64,000 bases of DNA. It comes from Octopus sinensis. Lineage: Eukaryota. The translations under genes and the position numbers were made by a program. The notes under the pieces were generated by a model. The model made no database searches. It was not told the origin of the DNA and saw only the letters and a program-made list of their open reading frames with translations. Positions 27,506-39,923 of this stretch are shown one piece after another; the first letter of the stretch is position 1; the number at the start of each line of letters is the position of its first letter. The stretch covers positions 60,698,001 to 60,762,000 of the forward strand of contig NC_043006.1 of NCBI RefSeq assembly GCF_006345805.1. The letters run 5' to 3'.

Positions 27506-27570
27506 AAACAACCACTATTATTATTGATATATATATATATATACATACACAAATATGCATACATACATAC

Positions 27571-27630
<60 letters not shown>
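27240..27630. repeat. (TA)n array with three copies of a 26-bp cassette
   Basis: tcaataataatagtggttgtttctta at 27323 and 27395, and its reverse complement at 27502. Confidence 0.9.
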
Positions 27631-27633
<3 letters not shown>

Positions 27634-27763
27634 GACCATTTTGATAGTGTTATTGATTGTGTAGTGTTGGGGAGGGATATAAGATAGTACAAGAGGGTGA
27701 TGAATGGGGAGAAAGTGAGAGATAGCATGTGTGTGTGCGTGTGTATGTATGTGTGTGCATATA

Positions 27764-27806
<43 letters not shown>

Positions 27807-28496
27807 ATATTTACAAGAACACATAGATAGACACATGAATCACACACGTACAAACACACAGACACACATACACACACACACACACGCTCTCACACACTCA
27901 AGCACTCACACGCCCGTACACTCACCTGATGCCAGCTTTTATAAGAACGATGGTGGAAAATGTTTTCAACACGTTTTCGATTTATTTTATTACGAATTTG
28001 CAGACATTTATACATTTCGCAGCATATCTCTGTTGGTGAGACTAATACATTTAAAAGTTAATATATTATGTGTGTACAGAACAATTCATGACCTGTGTAC
28101 AAGCATAAGTAAATAGAGAAAGAATAACAGTATATTGTACGATGTCTGCGTAAAATCTGAGCATAAAAGTTTTTCGTTGTATGGTATTTAGCAACAATAT
28201 GCGATTCTTTTGTGTCTTGTCTGTATGGAATATATCTAATCTTTACACAAAGCCATAAACCTCATTTTTATATGTGTGTGTGTAATACATCTCCCCAGTA
28301 GTTCAGCTTACTGGTCATATCGCAGTTTATGTTGACGTGCAACTGTGTTTGGAAAAAGTTCTGAAAATCTATTTTGATTGTTTAAGAACAATGTTTACGT
28401 TAAAGACGTAAGAATATCTGAAAGTTAAATCAATAGAAAGAGTTTATTACATGAATGTCGGTTAGTAATTATGACAAACGTTAGACTTCAGAAGCC

Positions 28497-28545
<49 letters not shown>

Positions 28546-28884
28546 TATATATATATAGATATATATAGAGAGAGAGAGAGAGGGAAGAGAGAGAGATACA
28601 AAATTTTACAATAATAAGAATATCTATTTCTCAACGTGTGTATATATATATATATAAGTATATAGATAGATAGAAATTGTAAGACAACAAAAGAATGAAT
28701 GAGAACTTGATGTCATGTAAACAGAGGAATTTATCTGTAATATGTGACAATTATTCGGTAGCCATGATAAAACTCCGAGTTTCGGATGTCAGGGTAGTAT
28801 TCTACCTTCCACCCTGCATTTTCCCTGTGCGTATATAGACGTGCGTATGAACTTTTTGGGTGCGCGCGTGTGTGTGTAGGATTG

Positions 28885-28961
<77 letters not shown>

Positions 28962-29212
28962 TATTGGCGAATGGTGCGGGTGAGAATGTATGTGTTTCAA
29001 GTGAGGGTGGACGAGTGTATACTTATAGGCGCATGTACGTGTGTGAGCGGGCGCGCATGTTCTGGTATGGACATGCGCGCTTACTCGAATGCTATGAACA
29101 TTTTTACTCCCTTAGCGGTCATTCTAATAACTCTTTTGTCTTAATAACGGTCAATCCCACAGTAATTTCCCTTTGTTTAACGCTCATTTTCATACCATTT
29201 TTCCGTTGGCCG

Positions 29213-29273
29213 GATAACTGAAGAGGTGGGTGTGTGGATTTCCACCCTGCCATCCGAAACTCGGAGCTTTATC
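29213..29273 (+). ncRNA. Hammerhead ribozyme motif, degenerate (U16.1 changed to C)
   Basis: gataa-CTGAAGA-(31-nt stem II region)-GAAA-ctcggag-CT-ttatc. The inverted partner at 28766-28800 keeps GAAActcggagTT-ttatc. Confidence 0.65.
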
Positions 29274-29659
29274 ATGGCTACCGAATAATTGTCACATATG
29301 ACAGATATATATATACATTCTCTGATTCTGTTACGTGTTTCAGATCTAAGGCTGTGGCCATACCGGGGCATCAAGGATGCCTGTGTATATATATATATGT
29401 ATATATATATGACAAACAATATAACGAAAATGTAGTTACAGCCTCTAGTAAAAATAATAACCTAAGTAATACTAGACTAGGTATCAGAAATACGAACAGT
29501 TCTCCCCCCACCTCATTATTTAGGAATACTCGGTACTGCTAATGCAAACATGGATAATTATAACATTGAGAATGAACCCTTTGATAAAACGAACTAGTCT
29601 CTCAAAGTTAAACCAACTGTTAATAATAATCGATACATTCTGCAAAAGAACAAATAAAT

Positions 29660-30610
29660 CGAGGGCTACATTTTGGTATAATGCAGAAGATTGTAGACAA
29701 ATAGCTTGTAACTAAATTTAGATAAACATTTTCCTAAATCGAATAAATATCATAAAATCTTCAATAGATGCAATATCATTTGAGCTTTTTCCACTAGCGT
29801 AAACTTAGCACAAATTAAGGTGGCGCATAACACTAAGAGAATATCGAAAATATCTGAATTCCGAAACGCAAGAGACAGCGGCAGATATAGTATCAATAGC
29901 AATACACTTACTGATAACAATCGCGCACATAAAGTCAGACCGATAAATAGCCAACCTGGAAGGATCTCGGATGCTACGCTTACAGACAACAAGGAAACAA
30001 TAGCCAAAACAGAAGCAAATAGTGCAAGGGAGGCAACCGTTACAATTCCTAAAGCGGTTGGACAGGGTACTTTAAATGTCACACGTAATAACACTGAAAC
30101 TCGAGACGATAGCTGAGATGTAGACAAAAGCAGATCTATGGAAAGGGAAACGGTGAAGTTATCTAATTTTAGTTCTGCTTACACAGGTAGGGTTAGTATA
30201 GATAAAAATCCTTGTAGTTGTGTAAAAAGTAAATTTTGTCCCTTAAATGCTGAGTGTATGAGAAAAATTTTGTATACAAGTGTAGGGTTACGTCTGGAGG
30301 AATTTCGCACTTCTATATTGGTGAATGCCCGACAAACTTCAAGGTGAAATTGGCAAACCATTTAACTTCAGTTAAGGATAAAGGGAAGATGAATAGCACG
30401 AACTTAAGTGTGTTCATTGGTCATTTAAAGAAAGAAGCTTTAATATAGAATAGGAAACAATAAGTGTTTCTGAATATTACGTATTCGGAGTAAATAGATG
30501 AAATTTATGCATAGAGGAAATATTTTCACGGCGAATCATCAGCTGCTGAACAGTAGGCAAGAACAAGCCCTGAGATGTTTTCACTTCCACAGAAGAAGTT
30601 TTAACTACTT
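29660..30610 (+). mobile_element. Penelope-like element 3' ORF remnant with GIY-YIG endonuclease
   Basis: DKHFPKSNKYHKIFNRCN...CSCVKSKFCPLNAEC..NFVYKCRV...HFYIGECPTNFKVKLANHLTS...NSTNLS...NLCIEE...LLNSRQE; multiple frameshifts. Confidence 0.85.
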
Positions 30611-30657
30611 CCATGGAAGAGTCATATAAATTAGTGAATTGGAGGTTCCTGAGTTTA

Positions 30658-31595
30658 CATGCTAAACGTCAGTAAACTATCTGGTTCGACTTTCAAGTAG
30701 CAATTAGTATTCTCCATAAGTAAAACTAATTATTTTAAAAATTCTTCCAAACATATCGGATGACAAAACTGTATATAATCTAAAACTTGATTTATACAAA
30801 GAAAATTTCGAATTGGCCTGATTAGTAAGTTTTTCACACCTCATATTTAATTTCGTTTGATTTAATAGTCAGTAGCTATACACAATATCGGAGGATCACA
30901 AACGGATATATATCTATATATATATATATACACGTCAATTACAAGGAATATGGAGTCAAGTGCATCTTCATATTTTTACAGTCAATAACACAGCATATTG
31001 GATTTAAATTTGTCCAGCGTATGTTTCCCTTGCATTTGAAATCCATCTAGTGCGTTTGCATCCACCTCGTTTTGACTGGTTAGCATTTATACAAATTTAT
31101 TCAAGCTCTGTCTGCAGATGAAGTCCGAAGCGACCTAAGTGTATGTAGGCTTAACTAATCTATGTTACTGCAATTTTTGAGAGAAAAGAATGTGCGCGTA
31201 CGGGTGGTGAGATTTGGAAACTTGATTTAGTTATTAAATCTACTATATGTTTAACCTCATTCCAAACTTAGTTTTACATTCGAAATGAGAGTACGAATTA
31301 GATCAAAGTGTTTTTATTTTTCAGCCCTTACCTTAGACGGACTATCCGTTTGTGATCCTCCGATATTGTGTATAGCTACTGACTATTAAATCAAACGAAA
31401 TTAAATATATGAGGTGTGAAAAACTTACTAATCAGGCCAATTCGAAATTTTCTTTGTATAAATCAAGTTTTAGATTATATACAGTTTTGTCATCCGATAT
31501 GTTTGGAAGAATTTTAAAAATAATTAGTTTTACTTATGGAGAATACTAATTGCTACTTGAAAGTCGAACCAGATAGTTTACTGACGTTTAGCATG
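30658..31595. repeat. Near-perfect long inverted repeat (arms 30658-30908 and 31343-31595), TA-flanked
   Basis: In my manual comparison the arms differ by one substitution and a 2-nt indel; spacer about 434 bp. Confidence 0.92.
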
Positions 31596-31604
31596 TATAT
31601 ATTC

Positions 31605-31994
31605 TTTTATTCTGTTACTTGTTTCAGTCATTGGATTGCGGCCATTATGGAGCACCACCTTTAGTCGAGCAAACAGACCCGAGATCTTATTCTTTGTAAG
31701 CCAAGTATTTATTCTATCGGTCTTCTTTGCCGAACCGCTAAGTTACGGGGACGTAAGGACAGCAGCATCGGTTGTCAATCGATGATAAGAAGACAAACAC
31801 AGACACAAAAACATGCAGACACATACACACATACGAGGGGCTTCTTTCAGTTTCCATCTACCAAGTCGACTCATAAGGCTTTGGTCGGCCCGAGGGTAGA
31901 GTAGAAGACACTTGCCCAAGGTGCCCCGCAGTAGTACTGAACTCGGAACCATATGGTTGGTAAGCTAGCTACCTACCACACAGCCACTCCTGTG

Positions 31995-31997
<3 letters not shown>
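31605..31997 (-). mobile_element. Complete SINE (head and tail, short linker)
   Basis: Tail 31605-31800 and head 31815-31997 of the family at 5312-5910. Confidence 0.9.
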
Positions 31998-32035
<38 letters not shown>

Positions 32036-32053
32036 GAGAGAGAGAGAGAGAGA

Positions 32054-32898
32054 GAGGGTGCTTCAAAAATTTTGATATTTGAAATGTAAATATCACAAAA
32101 ACTACATAGTCAAAGAAAATGAAACTAACCAGGCTTAATGTTGAGTAACATAAAAACTATTCCTCCAAATTTGAATGAGAAATTCAAAGGTATGTGGTTT
32201 CCCTGAATGATTTCACAAATGTTAAATATGCGCACCACCGAGACACAGCACACGTCAAGTCGGTAGTCCAGCTCCTTCCAAACACACTGCAGCATGTCTT
32301 GGGTAGCAGTCTCCAGTGCGGTAGTATCCTCTGCTCGTGTTCCTTAAGGTTTGCAGGAATAAGTGGGAGAGGACATAGACCAGGCCCTTCACATAGTCCC
32401 ATGTCTGCGCTTTCGCTTATCATTTGCCGTTATAGACAGAACAAGCTGCAGCTTGTAGGGTTTTATTAGCAAGCGTTTCCTCAGGACGCGCGAAACTCTC
32501 GTTGGAGGAATCTGGGTTTGTCCCTCTTATGAACTGGTTGGAGCTTCGCGAGATTTGTTGGCGAACCTGCTCCACCGTCTCTTCCGATTTTAGTAGTCGT
32601 CCAGATCCTTTTGCCCCCCACAGACAGCCTTCCTGTTTCAATTGTTTGTGCCATGTCCAAATCTGCATTGCCGTTGGTGACTTTTTAGAGAACTCTCTCA
32701 GAAATATACACTGCACAGTCTTGCTCGACTGTGTTTAATATATTTCAACACACTAAACGCCTTTTCTCTTCCAGTGAATGCCATTTCTATACCTGAAAAG
32801 ATAAACATATCAAACATTGAACATGCAATTGTAACCTGTTTCTACTCAGGCGAAGTTACAAGGTTACGAAATGATATCAACTTTTTTGAAACACCATG
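32054..32898 (-). mobile_element. Tc1/mariner-superfamily element (DUF4817-type HTH), internally deleted
   Basis: TIR-like ends gagggtgcttcaaaaattttgatat and catggtgtttcaaaaaagttgatat. Peptides TVQCIFLREFSKKSPTAMQIWTWHKQLKQEGCL...SGR and ALETATQDMLQCVWKELDYRLDVC. Confidence 0.85.
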
Positions 32899-32899
32899 T

Positions 32900-32906
32900 A
32901 TATATG

Positions 32907-32940
<34 letters not shown>

Positions 32941-33070
32941 AATGCATGTATGCATGTATGTATGTATGTATGTATGTATGTATGTATTTATGTATGTATG
33001 TATGTATCTCTCTCTCTCTCCCTTTCTCTCTCTCCCTCTCTCTCTCTCCCTCTCTCTCTCTCTCCCTCTC

Positions 33071-33149
<79 letters not shown>

Positions 33150-33160
33150 TTATATACACA
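32900..33160. repeat. (TATG)n/(CT)n/(TA)n compound microsatellite
   Basis: Direct reading. Confidence 0.95.
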
Positions 33161-33679
33161 CACATAAACATTTCTTAAACTCATTTCAATTATCTATATT
33201 TGTATTAATCTCTTGCAGGTGATTTGTTGGAAATCTCATTTCTTCTCTTTAATCATCGTCCTGTTCATCTGTACCACTGAGCGTGATAAAGTATGACTAA
33301 AACTACGTCTAGCCTGTTTTAATTAATTTGGTTCGGGTCGCAATTAACTTCAATATTTTTCTATTGATGCAAGCCTGATTTCAATCAATTTAGGTAACAT
33401 CTAATGAAATATTAATCCGTGGATTACTACAGCGAACTACACAACGAATGCTCGTTTCAGTAAATTTGGTGTAGATTTAAATTTACTAATTCAGTCCACT
33501 TAGTAACTTTTAATTAATTTAATCTTTCTTTTCATCAACTCAGCATTCTGCGAAAGAAATATAATTCCATAGATTTGATATTTTAATTAATTCAAATTTA
33601 CTCGTAATAATTATGTATGATATAAACTAGCAAACAATATTTCAAATGTTTTCTAATTTCAAGAATAGGCAAAAATTTC

Positions 33680-33847
33680 CGAGGAGTGGCTGTGTGTTAA
33701 GTAGCTTGCTTACGAACCATATGGTTCCTGGTTCAGTCTCACTGCGTGGCACCTTGGGCAAGTGTCTTCTGCTATAGCCTCGGGCCGACCAAAGCCTTGT
33801 GAGTGGATTTGGTAGACGGGAACTGAAAGACGCCCGTCGTATATATG

Positions 33848-33892
<45 letters not shown>

Positions 33893-34098
33893 AGAGTTTA
33901 CGAAAAAAACAAAAGACGAAGACAGGTGTTTGTACAAAACAAACAGATGTATTAGTATAACGCTCAGGAATAGAAAAGTCTTTTACGTTTCAAGCCCACG
34001 CTCTTCTACAGAAAGGGACACAGAAAACACAAGGAGAAAAACAAGGAGAGAAAAAATGTGTGTAGTGGCTAACGATCTATCATGGCGACTGATATATG

Positions 34099-34132
<34 letters not shown>

Positions 34133-34141
34133 ATATATATA

Positions 34142-34173
<32 letters not shown>

Positions 34174-34262
34174 ATGTGTGTATGTGTGTTTGTCCCCCCA
34201 ACATCGCTTGATAACCGATGCTGGTGTGTTTACGTCCCCGTAACTTAGCGGTTCGGCAAAAA
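33680..34262 (+). mobile_element. SINE interrupted by a PLE-type terminal fragment (about 33890-34090) within its internal (TA)n
   Basis: Head 33680-33845 and tail 34170-34262, with a unique block between TA arrays. Confidence 0.8.
33980..34015 (-). ncRNA. Variant minimal hammerhead motif (A6 changed to U, no stem III loop)
   Basis: Minus strand cttt-CTGTAGA-A-gagc/gtgg/gctt-GAAA-CG-TA-aaag. Confidence 0.55.
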
Positions 34263-34289
34263 CGAGCAGAATTGGGGTTATAAAGCGTT

Positions 34290-34450
34290 TACATTGGCTG
34301 TAGTGCGTGACTGATACATTATTGTCTCGACCTGAGAATGTAGAAAGACAAAATCGATACCAGCAGATTTTGAACTGCGAACGTAAATTATCAGAAGAAA
34401 TACTTCAAGTCATTTAGTCAATGAGCTAACGTTTCCGACATTCTACAAAC
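34290..34450 (-). mobile_element. Old diverged SINE
   Basis: Minus strand gaaacgttagc...ttacgttcgcagttcaaaatctgctggtatcgattttgtctt resembles a tRNA-SINE body with a B-box-like gttcaaa. Confidence 0.4.
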
Positions 34451-35059
34451 CTGAACAGTTCATAAAATAATAATATCAACAAACTTTATGCTTGGGCTGT
34501 TTTCTTTATGCTGATTAGTTTTAATTATCTGCAAATTGTGTCATTGTACTGAGTTCTTAGTTCACTTTCATCATTCATTGTCTAATGTTACCGGCAACTA
34601 TGTAAATACACAGCAAGCAAATCGTGTGAAAATATGAAATCAAACTTGATCAAAATGATAAAGCGTAAAGAGAGACATGTTCAAATATACGTCTGTGTGT
34701 GTGAGAGAGAGTATTTGTGTGTGTGTGTGCGTGTGTGTGAGTATTTGTGTGTCTGTGGTGTATGTATATATACTCTTTTACTCTTTTACTTGTTTCAGTC
34801 ATTTGACTGCGGCCATGCTGGAGCACCGCCTTTATATGTGTTTGTATTTTTCAGAAAAGAATAACATTAGTTTCATTTCTATACATACATAAACACACAC
34901 ATACACCTCTCTTCCATTTCCACCTCCATCCACTATAGTCTCACAGACTCACACGGCTATCTCAGTTTCTCCTCCTCCCATCCCATCGACACTAAAACCG
35001 TCCATCATTTCTTCTCTGTTCCTCCATCTCCGCTGGCTCTGTGGTAACCACTATGACTT

Positions 35060-35760
35060 CCAGACAGTCTCAAATCATGGTTAGCCATTTCACACAACAG
35101 GGATACGTCTACCGTTATGCGAACCATCCCAACGCTGCCCGTTCTGTTGACTGTGCATCTGCTCTATCGCCCCGCACTCGCCCCACCAATGTCCCGCCTC
35201 CCTCACTTACAACCCTTAAACCCTCCCCTCTCCTCCTAACGCACCATTCTTTTGGTTTTCCGCTCACTCCAACCCCACTACACTACCCCCTCACATCTTT
35301 CTCAACTCAATCCTCTCCTTCTTCGAATCCGTCCATAAACCTCCGAACGCTTTTGGTCCGTAGTTATTTCCCAACTACTTGCCCCCAACTTGGTTCGTTT
35401 CCTTGCTCTTGTTCGTGCTACGGCATCTTCGTCTACATCTCCAACACCACTATTCTCACCGGCACCCACCACAACCATCACCAATTCATTCATCTGCACC
35501 TCTAGCAGTATAATCTACTGTACCTCCTGCCCTCTATCTTTACCTGTACACCGGCCAAACAGACCGGCACGTAACCGACCGGTTCGCAGAACATGTTCGG
35601 AACATCATGCTCGCAATGACACTCCTGTCTCATGTCACTTGCGCTCGACCGACCATTCGCTATAACATCTCCTTGTATTCTGATTTGCCTTGAACAGAGA
35701 TCTCCAGGACTCTCGCCTCCGTCGAGAGCAAGAATTTATTTTCTCTCTTCATTTCTGAGT
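35060..35760 (+). mobile_element. Penelope-like element 3' fragment with GIY-YIG
   Basis: GSFPC...ISNTTILTG..TITNSFICTSSSIIYC.SC...LYTGQT.R.VTDRFAEH, with frameshifts; C/T-rich composition like 62520-63450. Confidence 0.75.
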
Positions 35761-35955
35761 TAAGCATGGTCTCCCATCGTGTAAACCCACCCCTACACGC
35801 ATTTACACACACCAAACACCTGACACCTTCCACTACTCCCCCTCTTCTTCATCCACACACTTTCTCTACATTGTTAAACACAATATCTACACCACACACC
35901 AGTTTCACTCCACAGGACATATATATACACCTACACACACTTACATGCACAAGTG

Positions 35956-35986
<31 letters not shown>

Positions 35987-37329
35987 TCCAGGACTCAACA
36001 CCACCCAGGCCCTATATCCCGTCAACCTATATTCAAGTCGACCCACACATTTCCTCCACAACACACACAGATGTCAGATAGCTTCACACACACATACACG
36101 CTCTCAAGCGCCCTTACACACATATACATATGCACAAACACAGAATATTACACACACGTCAACTCCATATATACGCATATTTTATCCACCACTCCCATAT
36201 ACACATACCAACTGATAACAGTATCACCCACGCTCGGTCACGCATAAACATACATAATCCGCACACAACTGTGCCACACACACAAGCGTGCAAGAACTCA
36301 CACGTACGAACACACGGTACTCAATCAAAGTGTACACGTTAGCTGCTACGCACACACACACACAAACACACACACACACAGCCTCACACACATACGTTAC
36401 ACAGCCTCACATAGTGTCTCATATATATTCACGTCAACATAAGCGCATATAAATACACGGGGCACTGAAAGACGCATCGTCCCACACACCACGCACATAT
36501 TTATTTATTTGTACGTGCCCATACGTACACATACGTACAAACTCACACACACACGCTCACATAATCTTCATACTCACGTACATGGTTGCCCACAGATACA
36601 TACGCACGTGCTCGCCTGTACACAGATTTATTTGCACATACCTCACATATACACATATGCTCGCGCTCACACACTTTAGCCAGGTTACTGTTGTCTCTCC
36701 ACCGCTACGTCCATCCTGTCAATTCAACATGCGAAAGCGTTAATCCAGACATGTTTTTTTCCTCTCTCTGTTTTCTTTTGTTTTTCCATCGTTTTCTTTC
36801 CTGTTTCCACCATTTTCTTTCCTCATTCCTTTCTTGTATAAGAGAATAGACTCTAAATGTTCAAGAGTCTTCCATTTTTCCGAAGCGTCAAACTAATATA
36901 TCTTGCTTGTTGTTCTCTCATCCATCCCTGTCTTCTGTTTTTGTACATTTTGTTCCACACAGATATGCACACGTATATACGTATGTATGTATGTATGTAT
37001 GTATGTATGTATGTATGTATGTATGTATGTATGTATGTATGCATGTATGTATGTATAACAAATATATACATATATCAAAAAGGCATAATGTGTGTATGGG
37101 CGTGGTGTTTTTAAGTGTGCTTGTAGAAATGTTTTCAAATGCATAACAATAAAACAAATGTCATTATTTTTGAAAATAGATTAAATGATTAAAAACAATA
37201 ATAGTATTTAATTTTAAATTATCAAGTCTAACTATTCTACATTCCAACCAGTTTGTACTCATCAAGAATTCATCAAACGAAAATGGAAAAAAAAGTAATT
37301 ATAACAAGCATCTTCCCCTCAAAAAAAAA

Positions 37330-39200
37330 AATTCTTTTTGGTAAAAGATTTGGACGTGAACTATGAGTACTCTGAGACGCAGAATCCGAAATGACATCCA
37401 TTTATTACCATCACGTTAAGATGTTAAGATACTGAATCCATAGAATTCCGTTGTATTGTTGTTTTTTTTTCAATAGAACTGTTTATGATATGACATACGT
37501 ACGAGGGAGGGGGGCTGAAAACTTCATAGGCTGACTATGAATGAGTGTTGCTAGAGTGTGAGGAATGACAGGCAATTGATTATAAATCATGTAGCCAATG
37601 CTATTAGTATATCCCACGTGAGATAGTCGTGGATATTCTGCACAATGAACTTGGCGTAACAAAGGTTTCTGCTCGGTGCCTGCCACTTATTCTGGCTTTG
37701 ATTGAAAGAGAACATTGCTGCTCATATCACAGGAAAATCTGACGTTGTTTGAGGCTGATTCAGGTTGTTTCTTTGAATATTTATTTACCCAACATGAGCG
37801 TTAGGTTCATCACTTTGAGTCAGGGACAGAGAGACTACTCATTTCAGTAACAACGCTCCACCTCACTTGCTCCAAATAACGCCAAGGCAGTTTCATCTGC
37901 AGGGAAGACGTTCGCTTCAGTTGCTTTGGATGCAAAAGGGATTATGTTCATTGAATCTCTTCAAAGTATCCACATCATCAACGGAGAGTACCATTCCAAA
38001 ATACTGAGATAGTTACGAAAGCCTATCAAGACCAAATACCCAGGAAAACTGAAGTAAGGTGTCAGGTTTCATCAGGACTATGCTCCAGCACACAAGTCCT
38101 TGATTGCAATGGCTACTGTGCATGACAGTAGCTATAAACAGGTTGCTCAGCCTCCATTTTCTCCTGACGTGGCCCCATCTGACAACTATCTGTTCCTCAA
38201 CATAAAAAATCACTTGGTCTGGAAGTACTCACGCAGTAATGATAACGTCATATTTGCTGTTGATGACATATCTTTACCAACAGGACAGAAGCTTCATCAG
38301 CAACGGGATCCAACCACTGCAACTTCGATAAAAGAAGTATATGGACTGCAAGAGGAATTATAGTTATATTTCATGAGACGATCATCCTCAGCCTATGAAC
38401 TTTTCAGCTAACTCTCGTACATGGAAATCGGTTTTTCATACCGAGAATGAATGATTTACAATTCTAACCAAAAACTAGTAAGAATTTTAAAATTTCTACA
38501 GAAAATTACTCCTGGCTTTGCTTTTGAATGATCTTCCCGAGTGCCGAACCTCATAGAGATCACCATCTGAGTTGCACCAATAGTCCACCAGCATAAGCAA
38601 GTTTCATCTGCCTTGATACTTTTGTTGCACTGATTTTTATATCCTGGTGGAAACTTTCTCCCTGCTCTTCACAAACGTCAGTAAAATTTTCGGGGGAATT
38701 TATAAAGGTGACTTAGCTTTATACTCATATTTGCTCCCAAACTTTGAAAGTTTCCCAGCATGTTGTCGAGTATTTCAGTATAGTCGAATGTTTTTCTTGT
38801 TGCCCATTTACAACCATTGTGAATAAATTCCCTGTTACAACTTCACAGAAACTCACTGAAATTGCAAAGTTCCCAACTTTCATCAGTTATATCATTTGAG
38901 GTCCAACAAATACTCCAGCATTTATTTTCACTGCAACCGATATAGTGGAAGCTTGGTCCATCTTTATCCAGAGCTTTAACAACCTGCTTCATAATGCAAA
39001 GCTTGATATGAAGTGATGCTATGATGATCTTTTTTCCTGGTTAAACTAAAGCCTCATCAAACACATTAAAAGACCCTGAAACTACTGCTCGTTGCGGCCA
39101 TTTTTTGATCACACTGTTTTTCTCTGGCTCTGCTGTCCCACATACATAAGAAGAATGATTATCTGGAGTCAACAAAGTATGCAATTCGAAAAAGCCCGCC
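37330..39200 (-). mobile_element. Chapaev3-like (CMC superfamily) transposon relic interrupted by a mariner
   Basis: Minus frames: HIKLCIMKQVVKALDKDGPSFHY...KINAGVFVGPQ...SPENFTDVCEEQGESFHQDIK, matching the LHIKLGLMKQFVKAL...GERFHQDI transposase motifs. The presumed 3' non-coding end continues left of the mariner. Confidence 0.65.
37502..38417 (+). mobile_element. Mariner (DD34D) element, internally deleted, both TIRs, TA duplication
   Basis: TIRs cgagggagggggg-ctgaaaacttcataggctga and cgagagttagctgaaaagttcataggctga. Peptide KAVSSAGK..ASV.LDAKG...INGEY...FHQDYAPAHKS...QPPFSPDVAPSDNYLF. Confidence 0.92.
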
Positions 39201-39674
39201 ATTTACATAGATGTATAAGGGGTGAACATTTCTACATGCTGTGTTGGATTCGATGGTTGTTCGCCTGGTATGTTGTTTTTGTTCATTCATTATAAATCTT
39301 GAGTTATGCTTGCACTGCGGAGTAAAGAGTCCTTACCACTGCATTGATTACGAAATCACAGGTGATATGCAACTGAATTCTGTTTTTAAATGACTTGCTT
39401 CGAGAGTTATATTCGGTAAGATATGTTTATTTATTTTAGTAGTTTTGACTTTAAGAGGCCCTCCTAGCGTGTAGCATTTATGTGTAATAATGCCCTCTAT
39501 ATAATATAAATAAATATATTTAAGCGAAAAAATTGATGGATTTTTTTCTCTTATGAGGTTTTTCCCGCTAACTACTTTATAAATTCTTATGAAGATTTAA
39601 TCCTATTTTTAAATTGTATGTATATATATATAAAGCAGTGTGAAATTTCTATGACATTTATAAAGAGAAATGTT

Positions 39675-39724
39675 ATCCTTATAACTGTTTCAGGGATATA
39701 AGGGACATCCCTTCATCACAGATG
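39675..39724 (-). ncRNA. Degenerate hammerhead motif (left arm of inverted pair)
   Basis: catct-GTGATGA-agggatgt/ccctt/atatccct-GAAA-cagtta-TA-aggat. Confidence 0.6.
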
Positions 39725-39873
39725 ATATGATAGAGTTAAAGAAGAAATAAGAGAAGAAAAAAAAATTATATTTTTATTCTCTTATTTCTCTTTATACTCC
39801 TGACATCTCTCCCATTTCAAAATGCCTTCTTATATTGAACTCTACTATTTCCTTCTGTTTAACAAGCATATAT

Positions 39874-39923
39874 CGTCTCTAATGAAGGGATATCCCTCAT
39901 ATCCCTGAAACAGCTGCAAGGCT
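39874..39923 (+). ncRNA. Degenerate hammerhead motif (right arm of inverted pair)
   Basis: cgtct-CTAATGA-agggatat/ccctc/atatccct-GAAA-cagctg-CA-aggct; perfect 8-bp stem II. Confidence 0.62.

Noticed and set aside
29325-29375. GAAACACGTA on minus
   Set aside because: Resembles the SINE tail (ggccacag...ctgaaac) and has no core.
29566-29605. Hammerhead-like ttgaga...gaactagtc-tctcaa
   Set aside because: Needs several deletions in the core and lies in or next to PLE ORF-derived sequence; could be chance.
30505-30545. CTGATGA...GAAA on minus
   Set aside because: No stem I or stem II; inside the PLE ORF remnant.
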